64,000 bases of DNA from an uncultured Flavobacteriales bacterium (GCA_905478325.1 CAJQIB010000010.1:3773-67772), one strand, 5' to 3'; shown: positions 21,308 through 33,593, numbered from the stretch's first letter. Program-made: numbers and translations. The notes: generated from the sequence alone by a model not told the origin.

Positions 21308-22300
21308 TCACTCTTTGTCGAGTTTGTACTTGCTCACATCCATACCGAATGTGAGGTTTTTGTTCTCAACCAAATCTTCCAACTCCGTTAATGACTTCTT
21401 ACCGAAGTTACGGAATTTCAATAGGTCGTTTTTATTGTAGCTGACCAGTTCTCCGAGGGTCTCTATGTCAGCTGCCTTGAGGCAATTCAATGCGCGAACG
21501 CTCAAATCCATATCGCTCAACTTAGTTTTGAGCAATTGGCGCATGTGCAAGCTAGACTCATCGAATTCTTCTACCTCAACACGCTCCTCTAATTCCAAGG
21601 AAATGCGTTCATCGCTGAACAACATAAAGTGCTGAATCAAAATCTTCGCTGACTCCTGCAGAGCATCCTTCGGTGTGATGCTTCCATCGCATTCGATTTG
21701 GAGAATCAACTTCTCGTAATCGGTACGCTGCTCAACACGGTAGTTCTCTACCTCATACTGCACGTTCCGGATCGGCGTGAAAATGGAATCGATTGCAATC
21801 GTTCCAAGAGCAACCTCTTCCTTCTTATTGTCTTCAGCTTGGACGTATCCACGTCCTTTACCAATAACAATTTCAATAGAGAGGCTTACAGACTCGTCCA
21901 TGTTACAGATGACATGATCTGGATTCATCACTTGGAAAGCACTGGTAAATTTACCGATGTCTCCTGCAGTGAATGACTTCTGACCCGCAACTTTAACGGT
22001 TACAGTCTCTCCTTCTGACCCATCAATTTGACGCTTGAAGCGGACTTGCTTCATGTTCAAAATCATATCGGTCACGTCCTCACGAACTCCCTTAATGGTA
22101 GAGTACTCATGTCCAACTCCATCGACCTTGATCGTGGTGATGGCATACCCTTCCAAAGAAGAAAGTAAAATGCGACGCAATGCATTGCCTACTGTAATCC
22201 CAAATCCGGGCTCGAGCGGGCGAAATTCGAAGCGACCGTTGAACTCTGTAGAGTCCAACATGATCACCTTGTCTGGTTTCTGAAAATCTAGAATAGCCAT
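21308..22300 (-). CDS. rpoA: RNA polymerase alpha subunit
   Basis: [37 protein letters not shown]. Confidence 0.99.
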   Translation of the reverse strand: MAILDFQKPDKVIMLDSTEFNGRFEFRPLEPGFGITVGNALRRILLSSLEGYAITTIKVDGVGHEYSTIKGVREDVTDMILNMKQVRFKRQIDGSEGETVTVKVAGQKSFTAGDIGKFTSAFQVMNPDHVICNMDESVSLSIEIVIGKGRGYVQAEDNKKEEVALGTIAIDSIFTPIRNVQYEVENYRVEQRTDYEKLILQIECDGSITPKDALQESAKILIQHFMLFSDERISLELEERVEVEEFDESSLHMRQLLKTKLSDMDLSVRALNCLKAADIETLGELVSYNKNDLLKFRNFGKKSLTELEDLVENKNLTFGMDVSKYKLDKE

Positions 22301-22318
22301 TTGATGAAGGGATTTGGA

Positions 22319-22924
22319 TTACTTCGAATACAATTCTACAATGAGAGACTCCTTGATGTTCTCTGGAATTTGATCCCGCGTTGGTACGTTAATAAACGTC
22401 CCAGACATGGTCTGCACATTCCAATCCAACCAATCCAAACGATTAGCTGTTGCACCGAGCGCGCTCGAAATCACAGACATGGATTTGCTCTTTTCCCGCA
22501 CCGCGACAACGTCACCTGGACGCATACGGTATGAAGGAATGTTGACAACATGACCATTCACCATAACGTGACGGTGAGTTACCAGTTGACGAGCTCCACG
22601 ACGCGTCGAGGCGATGCCTAAACGGTAAACGACATTGTCCAATCGGCTTTCGCAGAATTGGAGCAAAATTTCGCCAGTAATGCCCTGGCGAGCGTTTGCC
22701 GCTTTAAACATATTGGAGAATTGCTTCTCCAAAATGCCGTACGTGTACTTGGCCTTTTGCTTTTCAGCAAGCTGCACAGAGTATTCAGATTCTTTTTTAC
22801 GACGACGTGAGTTGCCGTGTTGTCCCGGTCCATAAGGACGGCGCTCGAGCGCTTTGTCCGGTCCGAAGATTGCCTCCTTAAAACGGCGGCTGATTTTTGA
22901 TTTGGGTCCGCGATAACGTGCCAT
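22319..22924 (-). CDS. rpsD: 30S ribosomal protein S4
   Basis: [26 protein letters not shown]. Confidence 0.99.
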   Translation of the reverse strand: MARYRGPKSKISRRFKEAIFGPDKALERRPYGPGQHGNSRRRKKESEYSVQLAEKQKAKYTYGILEKQFSNMFKAANARQGITGEILLQFCESRLDNVVYRLGIASTRRGARQLVTHRHVMVNGHVVNIPSYRMRPGDVVAVREKSKSMSVISSALGATANRLDWLDWNVQTMSGTFINVPTRDQIPENIKESLIVELYSK

Positions 22925-22960
22925 ATCGGTTGTTCAGTTCTAGGATTCGACGATGATGAA

Positions 22961-23344
22961 TTATACGCGGCGACGCTTTGGAGGGCGGCAACCGTTGTGA
23001 GGAAACGGAGTAACATCGATGATCTCGATGATCTCTATTCCCATGTTATGGAGGGCCCGCATCGCGCTTTCGCGACCTGCACCCGGTCCTTTCACAAATG
23101 CCCGGATTTTTCTCAATCCGAGATCGTGCGCTTCGCGACCACAATCTTCAGCAGCTACTTGAGCTGCGTAAGGCGTGTTCTTCTTAGAGCCCCGGAAACC
23201 CATCTTTCCGGCACTAGACCAAGAAATCACTTGCCCAGTATTATTGGTCAACGAAATGATGATGTTGTTGAAGGATGAGTGGATGTGGACTTGGCCAGAG
23301 GCCTCCACAACCACTTTCTTCTTTTTCTTGACGTTCTTCGCCAT
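22961..23344 (-). CDS. rpsK: 30S ribosomal protein S11
   Basis: [25 protein letters not shown]. Confidence 0.99.
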   Translation of the reverse strand: MAKNVKKKKKVVVEASGQVHIHSSFNNIIISLTNNTGQVISWSSAGKMGFRGSKKNTPYAAQVAAEDCGREAHDLGLRKIRAFVKGPGAGRESAMRALHNMGIEIIEIIDVTPFPHNGCRPPKRRRV

Positions 23345-23406
23345 CGTCTGAATATTTAGGTGATCAGCCCCTTAACAGGGCCAGTTAATCCGTTATTGAG
23401 TAACTA

Positions 23407-23775
23407 TTACTTCTTCTTGTTCGCAACAGTCTTCCGCTTGCCTTTCCGCGTACGGGAGTTGTTCTTCGTGCGTTGACCACGCAATGGTAAACCATTACGA
23501 TGACGAATGCCTCGATTCGAACCGATGTCCATCAATCGCTTGATATGGGACTGCACTTCTGAACGCAGCTCACCCTCGACCTTAAAGCCAGTGGTGATGC
23601 TGTTACGAACTGCTCCGATTTCTTCGTCGGTCCATTCTTCAACTTTCTTGTCTTCTGACACTCCGCATTCCGCGAGAATTTTAGACGAACGACTTCGTCC
23701 GATTCCGTAGATGTACGTGAGTGAAATGACTCCGCGCTTATTGCGAGGAATGTCGATACCTGCTATACGTGCCAT
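23407..23775 (-). CDS. rpsM: 30S ribosomal protein S13
   Basis: [20 protein letters not shown]. Confidence 0.99.
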   Translation of the reverse strand: MARIAGIDIPRNKRGVISLTYIYGIGRSRSSKILAECGVSEDKKVEEWTDEEIGAVRNSITTGFKVEGELRSEVQSHIKRLMDIGSNRGIRHRNGLPLRGQRTKNNSRTRKGKRKTVANKKK

Positions 23776-23801
23776 GGGCGATGGGTTAGGCTACGTCAAG
23801 G

Positions 23802-23918
23802 TTAACCCTGACGTTGCTTCATTTTAGGATTCTTCTTGTTGATGACATACAAACGACCCTTACGACGTACAATCTTGCAGTCGGTGGTGCGTTTTTTTAG
23901 GGAAGCACGAACTTTCAT
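23802..23918 (-). CDS. rpmJ: 50S ribosomal protein L36, zinc-free type (not in ORF track)
   Basis: Hand translation [38 protein letters not shown]. Confidence 0.97.
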   Translation of the reverse strand: MKVRASLKKRTTDCKIVRRKGRLYVINKKNPKMKQRQG

Positions 23919-23925
23919 GGTGCGG

Positions 23926-24147
23926 TTATTTCTTGTAGCGGAAAGAGATCCGTCCTTTTGTTAAATCATAGGGTGACATGTCCACGCGAACTCGATCTCC
24001 AGGTAAGATTTTGATGTAATACATCCGCATCTTTCCAGATATGTGGGCAGTGATGATGTGCCCGTTTTCCAACTCCACCCGAAACATTGCATTTGACAAA
24101 GCTTCGAGTATCGTTCCATCTTGCGTTATGGACGCTTGTTTGGCCAT
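23926..24147 (-). CDS. infA: Translation initiation factor IF-1
   Basis: [22 protein letters not shown]. Confidence 0.99.
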   Translation of the reverse strand: MAKQASITQDGTILEALSNAMFRVELENGHIITAHISGKMRMYYIKILPGDRVRVDMSPYDLTKGRISFRYKK

Positions 24148-24160
24148 TCAGATTAAACTC

Positions 24161-24961
24161 TTAAACGTTTCTATTCTTCTTTAAAACTTCTTCTATCTCA
24201 TTAAAACTCGAGAGAACGTCCGCTTGGTTCTTGCGCACTACGACATCGTGTTCGAAGTGTGCACTCACCTTACGGTCTGCCGTCACGATCGTCCATCCAT
24301 CATCCTCATGGAAGATTTCTTTTCGACCCAAGTTGATCATAGGTTCAATGGCCAGCACCATGCCGTCCATCAAGCGAGGACCATTTCCTCGTCTCCCATA
24401 ATTTGGAACTTCCGGTGCTTCATGCAAACTCCGTCCCAAACCGTGACCAACCAATTCCCGAACAACTCCGTAACCATTTTGCTCAGCATGTGATTGACAA
24501 GCAAATCCGATATCTCCGATTCGCTTTCCAACCACCGCTTGCTCAATCGCTAGCAGGAGGCATTCTTTGGTGACGTCTAGCAGCTTTTGCACCTCAGAGG
24601 ATATGTCGCCCACCGCAAAGGTGTACGCACTGTCTCCGTAAAACTCATTCTTCAATACTCCACAATCGATGGACACAATGTCCCCATCCTCAAGAGGACG
24701 GTCGTTTGGAATACCGTGCACGACAGACTCATTGACTGACGTACACAAGGAATTTGGAAAGCCTCCATATCCCTTGAATCCTGGTTCCGCGCCATGGTCT
24801 CGGATAAACTCCTCAGCCACAGCATCTAGTTGCAATGTTGTCACACCAGGACGAATCCTTTCAGCAACAACTGCTAACGTTTTCCCTACAAGCAAAGAAC
24901 TCTCCCGAAGGAGTTCGACCTCTTCGTCCGTTTTTATAAGCACGCGTCGGCCAAAACTCAT
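24161..24961 (-). CDS. map: Methionine aminopeptidase type I
   Basis: SVNESVVHGIP, DIVSIDCG, GHGLG..LHE, AIEPM, AHFEH. Confidence 0.97.
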   Translation of the reverse strand: MSFGRRVLIKTDEEVELLRESSLLVGKTLAVVAERIRPGVTTLQLDAVAEEFIRDHGAEPGFKGYGGFPNSLCTSVNESVVHGIPNDRPLEDGDIVSIDCGVLKNEFYGDSAYTFAVGDISSEVQKLLDVTKECLLLAIEQAVVGKRIGDIGFACQSHAEQNGYGVVRELVGHGLGRSLHEAPEVPNYGRRGNGPRLMDGMVLAIEPMINLGRKEIFHEDDGWTIVTADRKVSAHFEHDVVVRKNQADVLSSFNEIEEVLKKNRNV

Positions 24962-24967
24962 TTCAGG

Positions 24968-26317
24968 TTATCCTGTTATGCCGCCCACAGGTGACTGCGG
25001 ACGACCACGCAATTTTCCAGACTTCATCAAACCGTCGTAATGACGCGAAAGCAAATAGCTCTCAATTTGTTGAAGGGTATCCAAAATGACTCCTACCATA
25101 ATCAACAACGACGTTCCGCCGAAGAAAATGGAAAAGCCTTGCGCATTCGTTACTCCAAGACTGAACACAATCGCTGGAAGGATTGCAATCAATGCCAAAA
25201 ACAGTGATCCAGGAAGCGTGATGTTTGACAACACTCTCTCTAAAAATTCAGCTGTTGGTTTTCCAGGCTTTATTCCTGGAACAAAACTATTCTGTCGCTT
25301 CAAGTCATCCGCCATTTGGTTGGGGTTGACTGTGATCGCTGTATAGAAATACGTAAATACAACGATCACCACAAAGAAGATTAAGTTGTACCAAAAACCG
25401 TTGAAGTCAGCCAAACTTTGGATGGCCGCATTCTGTTGGAATGTTTCACTTTGAGTCAAATACAATGGAACGAACATAATCGCTTGCGCGAAAATGATTG
25501 GCATGACTCCGGCTGAATTGACTTTCAAGGGGATGAAGCTACGTGCTCCCTCTCCTTGTGGCATGTGTGATCCACCTGCCTGCATTTTTGCCATTTGAAC
25601 AGGAACCTTTCGCAAGGCCTGAACCAACGCAACACTGCAACCAATAACAACCAATAAGAATGCCATTTCAACCAAGAAGAAGAACAATCCTGTATCCGGG
25701 TGAATAAATTCCTGAATGATCGCTTGTGGGAACGTAGCGATAATACCAATCATGATGAGCAAAGAAATTCCATTCCCTACCCCCTTATCAGTAATACGCT
25801 CACCTAACCACATGATCACCAGAGTCGACGATACGAGAATAACCATAGCGCTGAACCACCAGAATGTGGACGGGTTCGCAACCGCACCAGGAACTGCTAC
25901 GACTGATGTCGCCAAGTAGCCCGGAGCCTGAACCAGCGTAATCGCTATGGTCAGAAAACGCGTGTACTGATTGATTTTCTTTCGCCCACTCTCACCCTCA
26001 GCCTGCATCTTTTGAACAGCAGGAACAGCGATACCGAGCAGTTGAACAATGATGGATGCCGAGATATACGGCATGATGCCCAACGCAAAAATGGAAGCTC
26101 TGCTGAATGCCCCACCTGTAAACAGGGAAAGCAAGTCGCCCAAGCCACCGCTTCCGGAAGAAGCCATTTGTTCCGCCAAGACGTCACTATTGACTCCTGG
26201 AATCACAATGAATGATCCAATTCGGTAAACCAAAATCAACCCGAGTGTAATGCCCAATTTCTTGCGCAACTCCTCATGGTTCCAAATATTTCGGATTTGG
26301 GTAAAGAAATTCTTCAT
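24968..26317 (-). CDS. secY: Preprotein translocase SecY
   Basis: LGIMPYISASII, GVGNGISLLI, GGTSLLIMVGV. Confidence 0.99.
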   Translation of the reverse strand: MKNFFTQIRNIWNHEELRKKLGITLGLILVYRIGSFIVIPGVNSDVLAEQMASSGSGGLGDLLSLFTGGAFSRASIFALGIMPYISASIIVQLLGIAVPAVQKMQAEGESGRKKINQYTRFLTIAITLVQAPGYLATSVVAVPGAVANPSTFWWFSAMVILVSSTLVIMWLGERITDKGVGNGISLLIMIGIIATFPQAIIQEFIHPDTGLFFFLVEMAFLLVVIGCSVALVQALRKVPVQMAKMQAGGSHMPQGEGARSFIPLKVNSAGVMPIIFAQAIMFVPLYLTQSETFQQNAAIQSLADFNGFWYNLIFFVVIVVFTYFYTAITVNPNQMADDLKRQNSFVPGIKPGKPTAEFLERVLSNITLPGSLFLALIAILPAIVFSLGVTNAQGFSIFFGGTSLLIMVGVILDTLQQIESYLLSRHYDGLMKSGKLRGRPQSPVGGITG

Positions 26318-26329
26318 TCGTCTGGTGAA

Positions 26330-26776
26330 TTATACTTCAGCTACTTGACCACCTGCAGCCTCAATGGCCGCGCGTGCAGAAGCAGAGAATTTATGCGCCT
26401 CTATAGAAATGCCCGTTGCGAGTTCACCTCGACCCAAAATCTTGATTAAGTCACGCTTTCCAGCGAGGCCGTTGTCCATCAAATCTTGCAATTTGATCGC
26501 TTTCAAAGACTTTCGCTCGATCAACTCCTGAAGGGTGTCCAAGTTGATTCCTTTGTACTCCACCCGGTTCGGGTTGGTAAAACCAAATTTTGGAACACGA
26601 CGTTGAAGAGGTTGTTGACCGCCTTCAAAACCGATTTTACTCTTGTAGCCAGAGCGGGATTTCGCGCCTTTGTGTCCACGTGTTGAAGTTCCTCCGTGAC
26701 CGGATCCTTCACCGCGACCAACTCGCTTGCGCTGCTTCCTAGATCCAGCTGCGTGTTGCAGATTGCTGAGATTCAT
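26330..26776 (-). CDS. rplO: 50S ribosomal protein L15
   Basis: RVGRGEGSG, GFEGGQQPL. Confidence 0.99.
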   Translation of the reverse strand: MNLSNLQHAAGSRKQRKRVGRGEGSGHGGTSTRGHKGAKSRSGYKSKIGFEGGQQPLQRRVPKFGFTNPNRVEYKGINLDTLQELIERKSLKAIKLQDLMDNGLAGKRDLIKILGRGELATGISIEAHKFSASARAAIEAAGGQVAEV

Positions 26777-26796
26777 GGTTAATGCTGGTTATGTGA

Positions 26797-26976
26797 TTAT
26801 ACCTCTTCGATTTTCACGAGATGCGAAACTTTGCGAATCATTCCCATGATTTGCGGAGTCGCTTCGTGCTCGACAGGATTATGCAATTTTTTAATACCTA
26901 AGGCTTGAATAGTAGCCTTTTGACGCTTCGGACGATTGATGGCGCTCCGAACTTGGGTGACGATAACTTTTCCCAT
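26797..26976 (-). CDS. rpmD: 50S ribosomal protein L30 (not in ORF track)
   Basis: Hand translation MGKVIVTQVRSAINRPKRQKATIQALGIKKLHNPVEHEATPQIMGMIRKVSHLVKIEEV*. Confidence 0.97.
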   Translation of the reverse strand: MGKVIVTQVRSAINRPKRQKATIQALGIKKLHNPVEHEATPQIMGMIRKVSHLVKIEEV

Positions 26977-26987
26977 GACTGAAACGA

Positions 26988-27527
26988 TTAACCGTTAAAT
27001 ACTTTGTGTACCGAAATGCCACGCAAATCCGCAATGTCCTTAGCACTTCGCAACGCCTGAAGCGCATTGAAGGTTGCCTTGACTACATTGTGAGGATTGC
27101 TTGACCCCAAAGACTTCGCAAGTACATCCTTGATGCCAGCGCTTTCCAAAACAGCTCGCATCGCACCTCCGGCGATCACACCCGTTCCTGGAGAAGCTGG
27201 ACGAATCATAACATGTGCTCCAGCGAATTTCATCTCTTGGGCGTGAGGAATCGTTCCTTTTACTAAAGGCACCTCAACCATGTTCTTCTTCGCGTCTTCG
27301 ATGCCTTTTTGAATGGCAGTTGCGACTTCACGACTCTTACCAAGTCCGTGACCCACTCGGCCCTTCTCATCTCCTACGACCATGATGGAGCTAAAGCTGA
27401 AGGTTCGTCCACCTTTAGTGGTCTTCGCTACTCGGTTGATTCCAACCAAACGCTCCTTCAAATCGGGATCCCCCGTGCGCGATTGCTGTTGCTGATCGCG
27501 GCCTTTACGTTGTTGACGTTGTTCCAT
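26988..27527 (-). CDS. rpsE: 30S ribosomal protein S5
   Basis: [19 protein letters not shown]. Confidence 0.99.
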   Translation of the reverse strand: MEQRQQRKGRDQQQQSRTGDPDLKERLVGINRVAKTTKGGRTFSFSSIMVVGDEKGRVGHGLGKSREVATAIQKGIEDAKKNMVEVPLVKGTIPHAQEMKFAGAHVMIRPASPGTGVIAGGAMRAVLESAGIKDVLAKSLGSSNPHNVVKATFNALQALRSAKDIADLRGISVHKVFNG

Positions 27528-27533
27528 CTTTCC

Positions 27534-27887
27534 TTAGAATTTGAGCCCTCCTGCGCGGGCGGCTTCTGCCAATGTCTTGATTCGGCCGTGGTACAAGTAA
27601 CCGTTTCGATCGAATACGACCGACTCAATTCCAGCAGCCTTTGCTTTTTCCGCAATCATCTTACCTACTGTGTTCGCCTGTTCCAATTTTGGAACAGATT
27701 GCGCTTCCTTATCTCCGAATGACGCTGCAGCAGCCAACGTGCGGCCTGATGCATCATCAATGATTTGAGCATAAATCTGCTTGTTACTGCGGAACACAGA
27801 CAATCGAGGACAGCTAGACGTCCCTTGGATTTTTCCGCGGACTCGGCGCTTGACGCGCTTACGAGCCAATGTTTTTTTCGTTCCCAT
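27534..27887 (-). CDS. rplR: 50S ribosomal protein L18
   Basis: [22 protein letters not shown]. Confidence 0.99.
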   Translation of the reverse strand: MGTKKTLARKRVKRRVRGKIQGTSSCPRLSVFRSNKQIYAQIIDDASGRTLAAAASFGDKEAQSVPKLEQANTVGKMIAEKAKAAGIESVVFDRNGYLYHGRIKTLAEAARAGGLKF

Positions 27888-27896
27888 GTGATTCGA

Positions 27897-28448
27897 TTAT
27901 TTAGCAGCTGTCTTACCTGCCTTACGACGGATTTGCTCACCCGTATAACGGATCCCTTTGCCTTTGTATGGCTCAGGCTTGCGAAGTGAACGGATTTTAG
28001 CGGCTACAGTCCCAATCAATTGCTTGTCGTGAGACGAGAGCTTGACATATGGGTTTGCACCTTTCTTCGTGTCCGCATCCAATTTAATTTCCTTCGGCAA
28101 GCGCATGACAATAGGGTGACTATACCCCAAAGCCAACGTTAAATCTTGACCTGAGCATGAAGCTCGGAAACCGACACCCACCAACTCTAGAGAGATAGCG
28201 TACCCTTCGGTTACGCCAACGATCATGTTGTTGACCAGCGCACGGTACAACCCGTGCTTCGCTCGGTGATCCTTATTGTCAGAAGGACGTGAGAACGTGA
28301 GGACATTGTCCTGTAAGTCCATGGTGATTTCTGGAGAGACCACTTCCTGTAGCTCCCCTTTGGGGCCCTTTACCGTAACCGTGCTCCCCTCAATGCTGAG
28401 AGTAACGCCGTCAGGGACTGTGATGGGTGATTTACCTATACGTGACAT
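27897..28448 (-). CDS. rplF: 50S ribosomal protein L6
   Basis: MSRIGK, PEPYKGKGIRY. Confidence 0.99.
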   Translation of the reverse strand: MSRIGKSPITVPDGVTLSIEGSTVTVKGPKGELQEVVSPEITMDLQDNVLTFSRPSDNKDHRAKHGLYRALVNNMIVGVTEGYAISLELVGVGFRASCSGQDLTLALGYSHPIVMRLPKEIKLDADTKKGANPYVKLSSHDKQLIGTVAAKIRSLRKPEPYKGKGIRYTGEQIRRKAGKTAAK

Positions 28449-28473
28449 GATGATGTTCCGTTTTTCTCTTCTT

Positions 28474-28872
28474 TCAATAAACTGTACAAATCAACTCGCC
28501 TCCGATGTTCATCTTTCGCGCTTCTTTATCAGTCATGAGACCTTTTGAAGTCGAAACGATGCACACACCCAAACCGTTCAATACACGTGGCAAATCAGAT
28601 GGACCTGCGTAGCGACGCAATCCAGGTGTTGAAACGCGCTTTAATTCTGTTATCGCAGGACGCTTTGACTTACTGTCATAACGCAATGCAATTTTGATGG
28701 AACCTTGGTATCCCTCTTCTACAAACTTGAAATTCAAGATGTAACCCTTATCAAAAAGAATTCGGGTCATTTCCTTCTTCAAGTTGGAAGCTGGAATCTC
28801 CACGACCTTGTGTCCCGCCATTTGGGCGTTACGGATGCGGGTCAAATAATCTGCTATTGGATCAGTATACAT
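28474..28872 (-). CDS. rpsH: 30S ribosomal protein S8
   Basis: DPIADYLTRIRNA, STPGLRRY. Confidence 0.99.
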   Translation of the reverse strand: MYTDPIADYLTRIRNAQMAGHKVVEIPASNLKKEMTRILFDKGYILNFKFVEEGYQGSIKIALRYDSKSKRPAITELKRVSTPGLRRYAGPSDLPRVLNGLGVCIVSTSKGLMTDKEARKMNIGGELICTVY

Positions 28873-28890
28873 GATGCTTCTAATCGTGGT

Positions 28891-29160
28891 TTACCAGCTT
28901 GCCTTTTTAACTCCGGGTATCTTACCCGACAATGCCATTTTCCGGAACAAAACCCGAGAAATACCGAATTGTCGCATATATCCTCGTGGACGTCCCGTGA
29001 TCTGACAACGGTTGTGCATTCGCACTGCCGCACTGTTTGGTGGGAGCTTCTGGAACCCCACCCAGTCACCAGCAGCTTTTAAAGCTGCTCGCTTTGACGC
29101 ATACTTAGCGACCATTCGCTCGCGCTTGCGCTCACGCGCTTTCATTGATTCCTTAGCCAT
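28891..29160 (-). CDS. rpsN: 30S ribosomal protein S14, 89-aa zinc-free type
   Basis: [28 protein letters not shown]. Confidence 0.99.
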   Translation of the reverse strand: MAKESMKARERKRERMVAKYASKRAALKAAGDWVGFQKLPPNSAAVRMHNRCQITGRPRGYMRQFGISRVLFRKMALSGKIPGVKKASW

Positions 29161-29161
29161 C

Positions 29162-29713
29162 TTAGTTCTTTTTGAAAGGGAATCCGAATCCTGATAACAA
29201 AGCCTGTGCTTCTTCGTCAGTGTTCGCGTTCGTTACGATGGTGATGTCCATTCCATTGAAATACTTCACTTCATCAAGGCTGATCTCCGGGAAGATAATC
29301 TGCTCCTTCACCCCAAAGGTAAAGTTTCCGCGACCATCAAAACCTTTGGATCGAATGCCTTGGAAATCTCTTGTTCTTGGCAGGGATACTGCAATCAAGC
29401 GATCGAGAAATTCATACATCTTATCACGACGCAACGTTACACGAGCTCCAATCGGCATGCCTTTACGCAGCTTAAAGTTGGAAACGTCTTTGGTTGAAAT
29501 CGTCTGAACTGCCTTTTGACCAACAATTCGTGACATCTCATCCGTAGCCTGTTCTACGATTTTCTTATCAGCAATTGCCTTTCCCAAACCTTGGTTTAGG
29601 CAAATCTTCGTAATGCTAGGTACCTGCATCACGGACTTGTATTCGAACTGCTTCAGCATGTTCGGTACAATTTCCTCAGCGTACTGAGTCTGGAGTCGGG
29701 GGATGTACGTCAT
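29162..29713 (-). CDS. rplE: 50S ribosomal protein L5
   Basis: [24 protein letters not shown]. Confidence 0.99.
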   Translation of the reverse strand: MTYIPRLQTQYAEEIVPNMLKQFEYKSVMQVPSITKICLNQGLGKAIADKKIVEQATDEMSRIVGQKAVQTISTKDVSNFKLRKGMPIGARVTLRRDKMYEFLDRLIAVSLPRTRDFQGIRSKGFDGRGNFTFGVKEQIIFPEISLDEVKYFNGMDITIVTNANTDEEAQALLSGFGFPFKKN

Positions 29714-30033
29714 CACTTGAGCTCCTCTTTAGTTTTCTTTGAATAACGAACCAACTTGCCATCATCTCCACGACGACGACCTAGCCGGGCGGCTGTGCCT
29801 GCGGCATCCATAACCATCACATTGGAAATGTGAATCCCCGCTTCAGAGGATTCAATACCTCCTTGTGGATTGGCTGGACCAGGCTTAATGTGCTTCTTAA
29901 CCAAGTTCGCTCCTTCAACGAGGACACGATCCTTTTTACGGTCGACGAGAATCACTTTTCCCTCCTTCCCTTTACTTCCACCGGCAATGACCTTCACGGT
30001 GTCGCCTTTTTTGACTTTGTATCGTTTGAACAT
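29713..30033 (-). CDS. rplX: 50S ribosomal protein L24
   Basis: [14 protein letters not shown] motif, IHISNV. Confidence 0.99.
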   Translation of the reverse strand: MFKRYKVKKGDTVKVIAGGSKGKEGKVILVDRKKDRVLVEGANLVKKHIKPGPANPQGGIESSEAGIHISNVMVMDAAGTAARLGRRRGDDGKLVRYSKKTKEELK

Positions 30034-30043
30034 AGCTGATGAA

Positions 30044-30412
30044 TTAAAGTACCTCAGGGGCTAGTGAAACAATCTTCATGAAGTCCTTCTCACGCAATTC
30101 ACGTGCGACTGGACCGAATATCCGCGTTCCGCGCATCTCACCGTTTGCGTTGAGCAATACAATTGCATTGTCATCGAAACGAATGTATGAGCCATCCGCG
30201 CGGCGTACAGCTTTGCGTGTACGCACAACCACTCCCTTCGAAACGGCTCCTTTTTTAATGTTTCCGTTCGGTGCAGCGTGCTTAACCGTCACCACTACGG
30301 TGTCGCCTATGCTCGCATAACGCCGACGAGTACCTCCCAACACCCGGATGCAAAGGACTTCCTTTGCTCCGCTGTTGTCAGCTACTTTCATACGGGATTC
30401 TTGCTGTATCAT
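30044..30412 (-). CDS. rplN: 50S ribosomal protein L14
   Basis: [16 protein letters not shown]. Confidence 0.99.
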   Translation of the reverse strand: MIQQESRMKVADNSGAKEVLCIRVLGGTRRRYASIGDTVVVTVKHAAPNGNIKKGAVSKGVVVRTRKAVRRADGSYIRFDDNAIVLLNANGEMRGTRIFGPVARELREKDFMKIVSLAPEVL

Positions 30413-30447
30413 CGTTGATTCCTTTCTCGTTTAATTGCGGCAGCGAA

Positions 30448-30726
30448 TTATTTCGCCCGTTCAATCACCTCCACTAATCGCCAGTTCTTACGCTTGCTCA
30501 AAGGTCGTGTTTCCATGATTCGAACCGTGTCACCGACGTTACTCGTTTCAGTTTCGTCATGCACCATGAACTTGCTCGTCTTCTTCAAAAACTTACCATA
30601 CTTGGCATGCTTCTCCATTCGCTCTACAGCGACCACAATGCTCTTGTTCATTGCATTTGAAGTCACAATGCCAGTTCGCTCCTTACGCAGGTTGCGATCG
30701 ATTGATGTTGTCGTTTCAGTGCTCAT
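30448..30726 (-). CDS. rpsQ: 30S ribosomal protein S17
   Basis: [14 protein letters not shown]. Confidence 0.99.
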   Translation of the reverse strand: MSTETTTSIDRNLRKERTGIVTSNAMNKSIVVAVERMEKHAKYGKFLKKTSKFMVHDETETSNVGDTVRIMETRPLSKRKNWRLVEVIERAK

Positions 30727-30923
30727 GAGTTCGCTTTATTGCGTGCATTCACTTCTGTGAGCAGCCGAGCTACATCACGTTTTTTGTATTTCAAAGCCGT
30801 AGTGGATTCTAATCCCGCTACAGTGTGGTTGAATCGCAGCTTCGCCAACGATTCTCGTTCCACCTCAATCCGTTCCGCCAAATCAGCGTCGGAGAGTTGC
30901 CGAATTTCAGTCATCTCAATCAT
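30723..30923 (-). CDS. rpmC: 50S ribosomal protein L29
   Basis: LRF...KRDVARLLT; position between rplP and rpsQ. Confidence 0.96.
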   Translation of the reverse strand: MIEMTEIRQLSDADLAERIEVERESLAKLRFNHTVAGLESTTALKYKKRDVARLLTEVNARNKANS

Positions 30924-31342
30924 GAGTGTGCATAATCAGGTCGTACAACAAACTTGCATTTTACAGGGAGCTTCTGTGCTCCAAGACGCAAGGCTTCCAT
31001 AGCAGTTTCCATTGGAACACCATCTACTTCAAACATTACGCGTCCTGGACGTACTGGGGCAACCCAGTGACTTGGCGCTCCTTTACCCTTACCCATACGT
31101 ACCTCTGCAGGCTTCGAGGTAATAGGCTTGTCTGGAAAAATTCGAATCCATACTTGTCCTTCACGCTTCATATAGCGATTGATCGCGATACGAGCAGCTT
31201 CAATTTGACGCGAGGTAATAAAACCCACTTCTAGGGTTTTAATTCCAAACGATCCGTATGCGATGGTGCTTCCGCGTTGCGCCAATCCGCGCACACGGCC
31301 CTTCTGCATCTTCCGGTATTTGGTTCTTTTCGGTTGTAACAT
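30920..31342 (-). CDS. rplP: 50S ribosomal protein L16
   Basis: [20 protein letters not shown]. Confidence 0.99.
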   Translation of the reverse strand: MLQPKRTKYRKMQKGRVRGLAQRGSTIAYGSFGIKTLEVGFITSRQIEAARIAINRYMKREGQVWIRIFPDKPITSKPAEVRMGKGKGAPSHWVAPVRPGRVMFEVDGVPMETAMEALRLGAQKLPVKCKFVVRPDYAHS

Positions 31343-31353
31343 AACCTATTCTA

Positions 31354-32079
31354 TCAATTACGAGTCCGGCGACGAGCACCCGCTGGGCGGCTGGCATTCG
31401 CTGGACGACGATCGTTCGACTGTTTTTGAGCTGGAATTGGCGACAAGTCGCGCTTTCCATAAATCTCACCTCGACAAATCCAGCATTTAATGCCAATTCT
31501 ACCGTAGGTGGTGTGCGCTTCCATCAATGCATAATCGATGTCAGCACGGAATGTGTGCAATGGAATTCGACCTTCTTTGTAGGATTCTGAACGAGCGATT
31601 TCCGCACCATTCACACGTCCTGCAATGTTGATCTTAATCCCCTCAGCTCCAAGACGCATTGTCGCTGCAATGGCCATCTTAATCGCACGTCGGTGCGAAA
31701 TACGAGCCTCAATCTGACGAGCAACACTCTCAGCAACCAATTTCGCATCCAACTCAGGACGCTTGATTTCAAAAATGTTGATCTGAACTTCCTTGCCTGT
31801 GAGTTTCTTCAACTCTTCCCGCAATTTGTCCACTTCCGATCCTCCCTTCCCGATGATGACACCTGGTCGAGCTGATTTTACTGTGACAGTAACCAACTTG
31901 AGCGTACGCTCAATGATAATATTAGAGACACTTGCTTTACGCAAACGCGCCAACAAGTATTCACGGATACGCTCATCCTCTACCAATTTATCCTTGTAGT
32001 CATTCCCACCATACCAGTTGGAGTCCCATCCGCGGATGAAGCCCAAACGGTTTCCTATTGGATTCGTTTTTTGTCCCAT
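31354..32079 (-). CDS. rpsC: 30S ribosomal protein S3
   Basis: [28 protein letters not shown]. Confidence 0.99.
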   Translation of the reverse strand: MGQKTNPIGNRLGFIRGWDSNWYGGNDYKDKLVEDERIREYLLARLRKASVSNIIIERTLKLVTVTVKSARPGVIIGKGGSEVDKLREELKKLTGKEVQINIFEIKRPELDAKLVAESVARQIEARISHRRAIKMAIAATMRLGAEGIKINIAGRVNGAEIARSESYKEGRIPLHTFRADIDYALMEAHTTYGRIGIKCWICRGEIYGKRDLSPIPAQKQSNDRRPANASRPAGARRRTRN

Positions 32080-32082
32080 GGT

Positions 32083-32481
32083 TTAGTTCTTAACGGAGTC
32101 TACAATGATGGTCACGTGATTACTACGCTTCCGGATTCGGTGAGCTCTTCCCTGAGGAGCTGTTTGCAAACGCTTCAGCATCCGCGCACTGTCTACTTTA
32201 ATTTCGCGAACAATCAAATCCGATTCTTCTGGGCGAGAACCTGAGTTCTTCGCTTCCCAATTCGCGATAGCCGATCGAAGTAATTTCTCCAAACGGTTAG
32301 ATGCATCCTGTGGGCTGAATTTTAAAATATTCAAAGCCTGGAACACATCCTTACCGCGAACGGTATCGGCAACCAAACGCATCTTTCTAGGAGACGTTGG
32401 ACAGTTGTTCAACTTCGCGATTGCGATGTTTTTCAACTCTTCTTTACGCGCTTCTGCAGCGAGTCTTTTACGTTTTCCCAT
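32083..32481 (-). CDS. rplV: 50S ribosomal protein L22
   Basis: [20 protein letters not shown]. Confidence 0.99.
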   Translation of the reverse strand: MGKRKRLAAEARKEELKNIAIAKLNNCPTSPRKMRLVADTVRGKDVFQALNILKFSPQDASNRLEKLLRSAIANWEAKNSGSRPEESDLIVREIKVDSARMLKRLQTAPQGRAHRIRKRSNHVTIIVDSVKN

Positions 32482-32486
32482 GACGA

Positions 32487-32762
32487 TTAGCGCTTCTTAT
32501 CCTTCTTGTCCGTGTGACCACGGAACGTTCGGGTGGGTGAAAATTCTCCGAGCTTGTGTCCGACCATGTTCTCCGTGATGAAAACAGGGATAAACTGACG
32601 GCCGTTATGCACAGCAATCGTAAATCCTACAAAGTCTGGCGTGATCGTGCTTGCGCGAGACCACGTCTTGATCACAGTCTTCTTACCTGAAGCTTGCAAC
32701 GCGTCTACTCGCTGAACCAGCTTGTAGTGAACAAATGGGGGTTTCTTTAGTGAACGAGACAT
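32487..32762 (-). CDS. rpsS: 30S ribosomal protein S19
   Basis: [19 protein letters not shown]. Confidence 0.99.
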   Translation of the reverse strand: MSRSLKKPPFVHYKLVQRVDALQASGKKTVIKTWSRASTITPDFVGFTIAVHNGRQFIPVFITENMVGHKLGEFSPTRTFRGHTDKKDKKR

Positions 32763-32767
32763 GTCAA

Positions 32768-33589
32768 TTACTTCTTCCGACGTTCAATGATATACTTCGA
32801 GCTATTCTTGCGCGGGTTACGCGTCTTGTACCCTTTGGATGGGATGCCATTTCGTGAACGAGGATGTCCACCAGACGACTTTCCTTCACCACCACCCATT
32901 GGGTGATCGACAGGGTTCATGACTACACCACGGACACGAGGACGGCGTCCCAACCAACGGGAACGACCAGCCTTTCCGGAAACTTGTAGGCTATGCTCTG
33001 AATTGCTTACAGAACCAATGACAGCCAAACAAGTCACTAAAATCATTCGCGTTTCACCGCTAGGCAACTTGATGATTGCATACTTGCCGTCACGTGCGTT
33101 GAGCTGGGCGTAAGAGCCTGCACTACGTGCGATGTTAGCGCCTTTTCCTGGGTACAACTCAATGTTATGAATGACTGTTCCCAATGGGATATCACTCAAG
33201 TACATCGCGTGACCTACGTTTGGAATGGCTTCTTTTCCGCTCTGAATCGTCATGCCTGGCTTCAGGCCTTCAGGAGCCACGATGTATCGCTTTTCTCCAT
33301 CGGTGTATTCTACCAAGCAAATTCGAGCTGTACGATTGGGATCATACTCTACCGTTAATACGGTTGCTTCCATGTGCTTGTCACGAGTGAAATCAATCAA
33401 TCGGTAACGACGCTTGTGTCCGCCTCCGCGGTAACGCATCGTCATTTTACCATCAGCATTCCGTCCACCGGACTTCTTGATGGCTCGTAACAACGGCTTG
33501 TATGGCTTGCCCGCTGTCAGGTCGTCGAATTTCGACAACACTTTGTGACGGGTGCCTGGAGTAATGGGGTTGAATTTACGCAGTGCCAT
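32768..33589 (-). CDS. rplB: 50S ribosomal protein L2
   Basis: [19 protein letters not shown]; start placed at ATG 33589. Confidence 0.99.
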   Translation of the reverse strand: MALRKFNPITPGTRHKVLSKFDDLTAGKPYKPLLRAIKKSGGRNADGKMTMRYRGGGHKRRYRLIDFTRDKHMEATVLTVEYDPNRTARICLVEYTDGEKRYIVAPEGLKPGMTIQSGKEAIPNVGHAMYLSDIPLGTVIHNIELYPGKGANIARSAGSYAQLNARDGKYAIIKLPSGETRMILVTCLAVIGSVSNSEHSLQVSGKAGRSRWLGRRPRVRGVVMNPVDHPMGGGEGKSSGGHPRSRNGIPSKGYKTRNPRKNSSKYIIERRKK

Positions 33590-33593
33590 GTCT

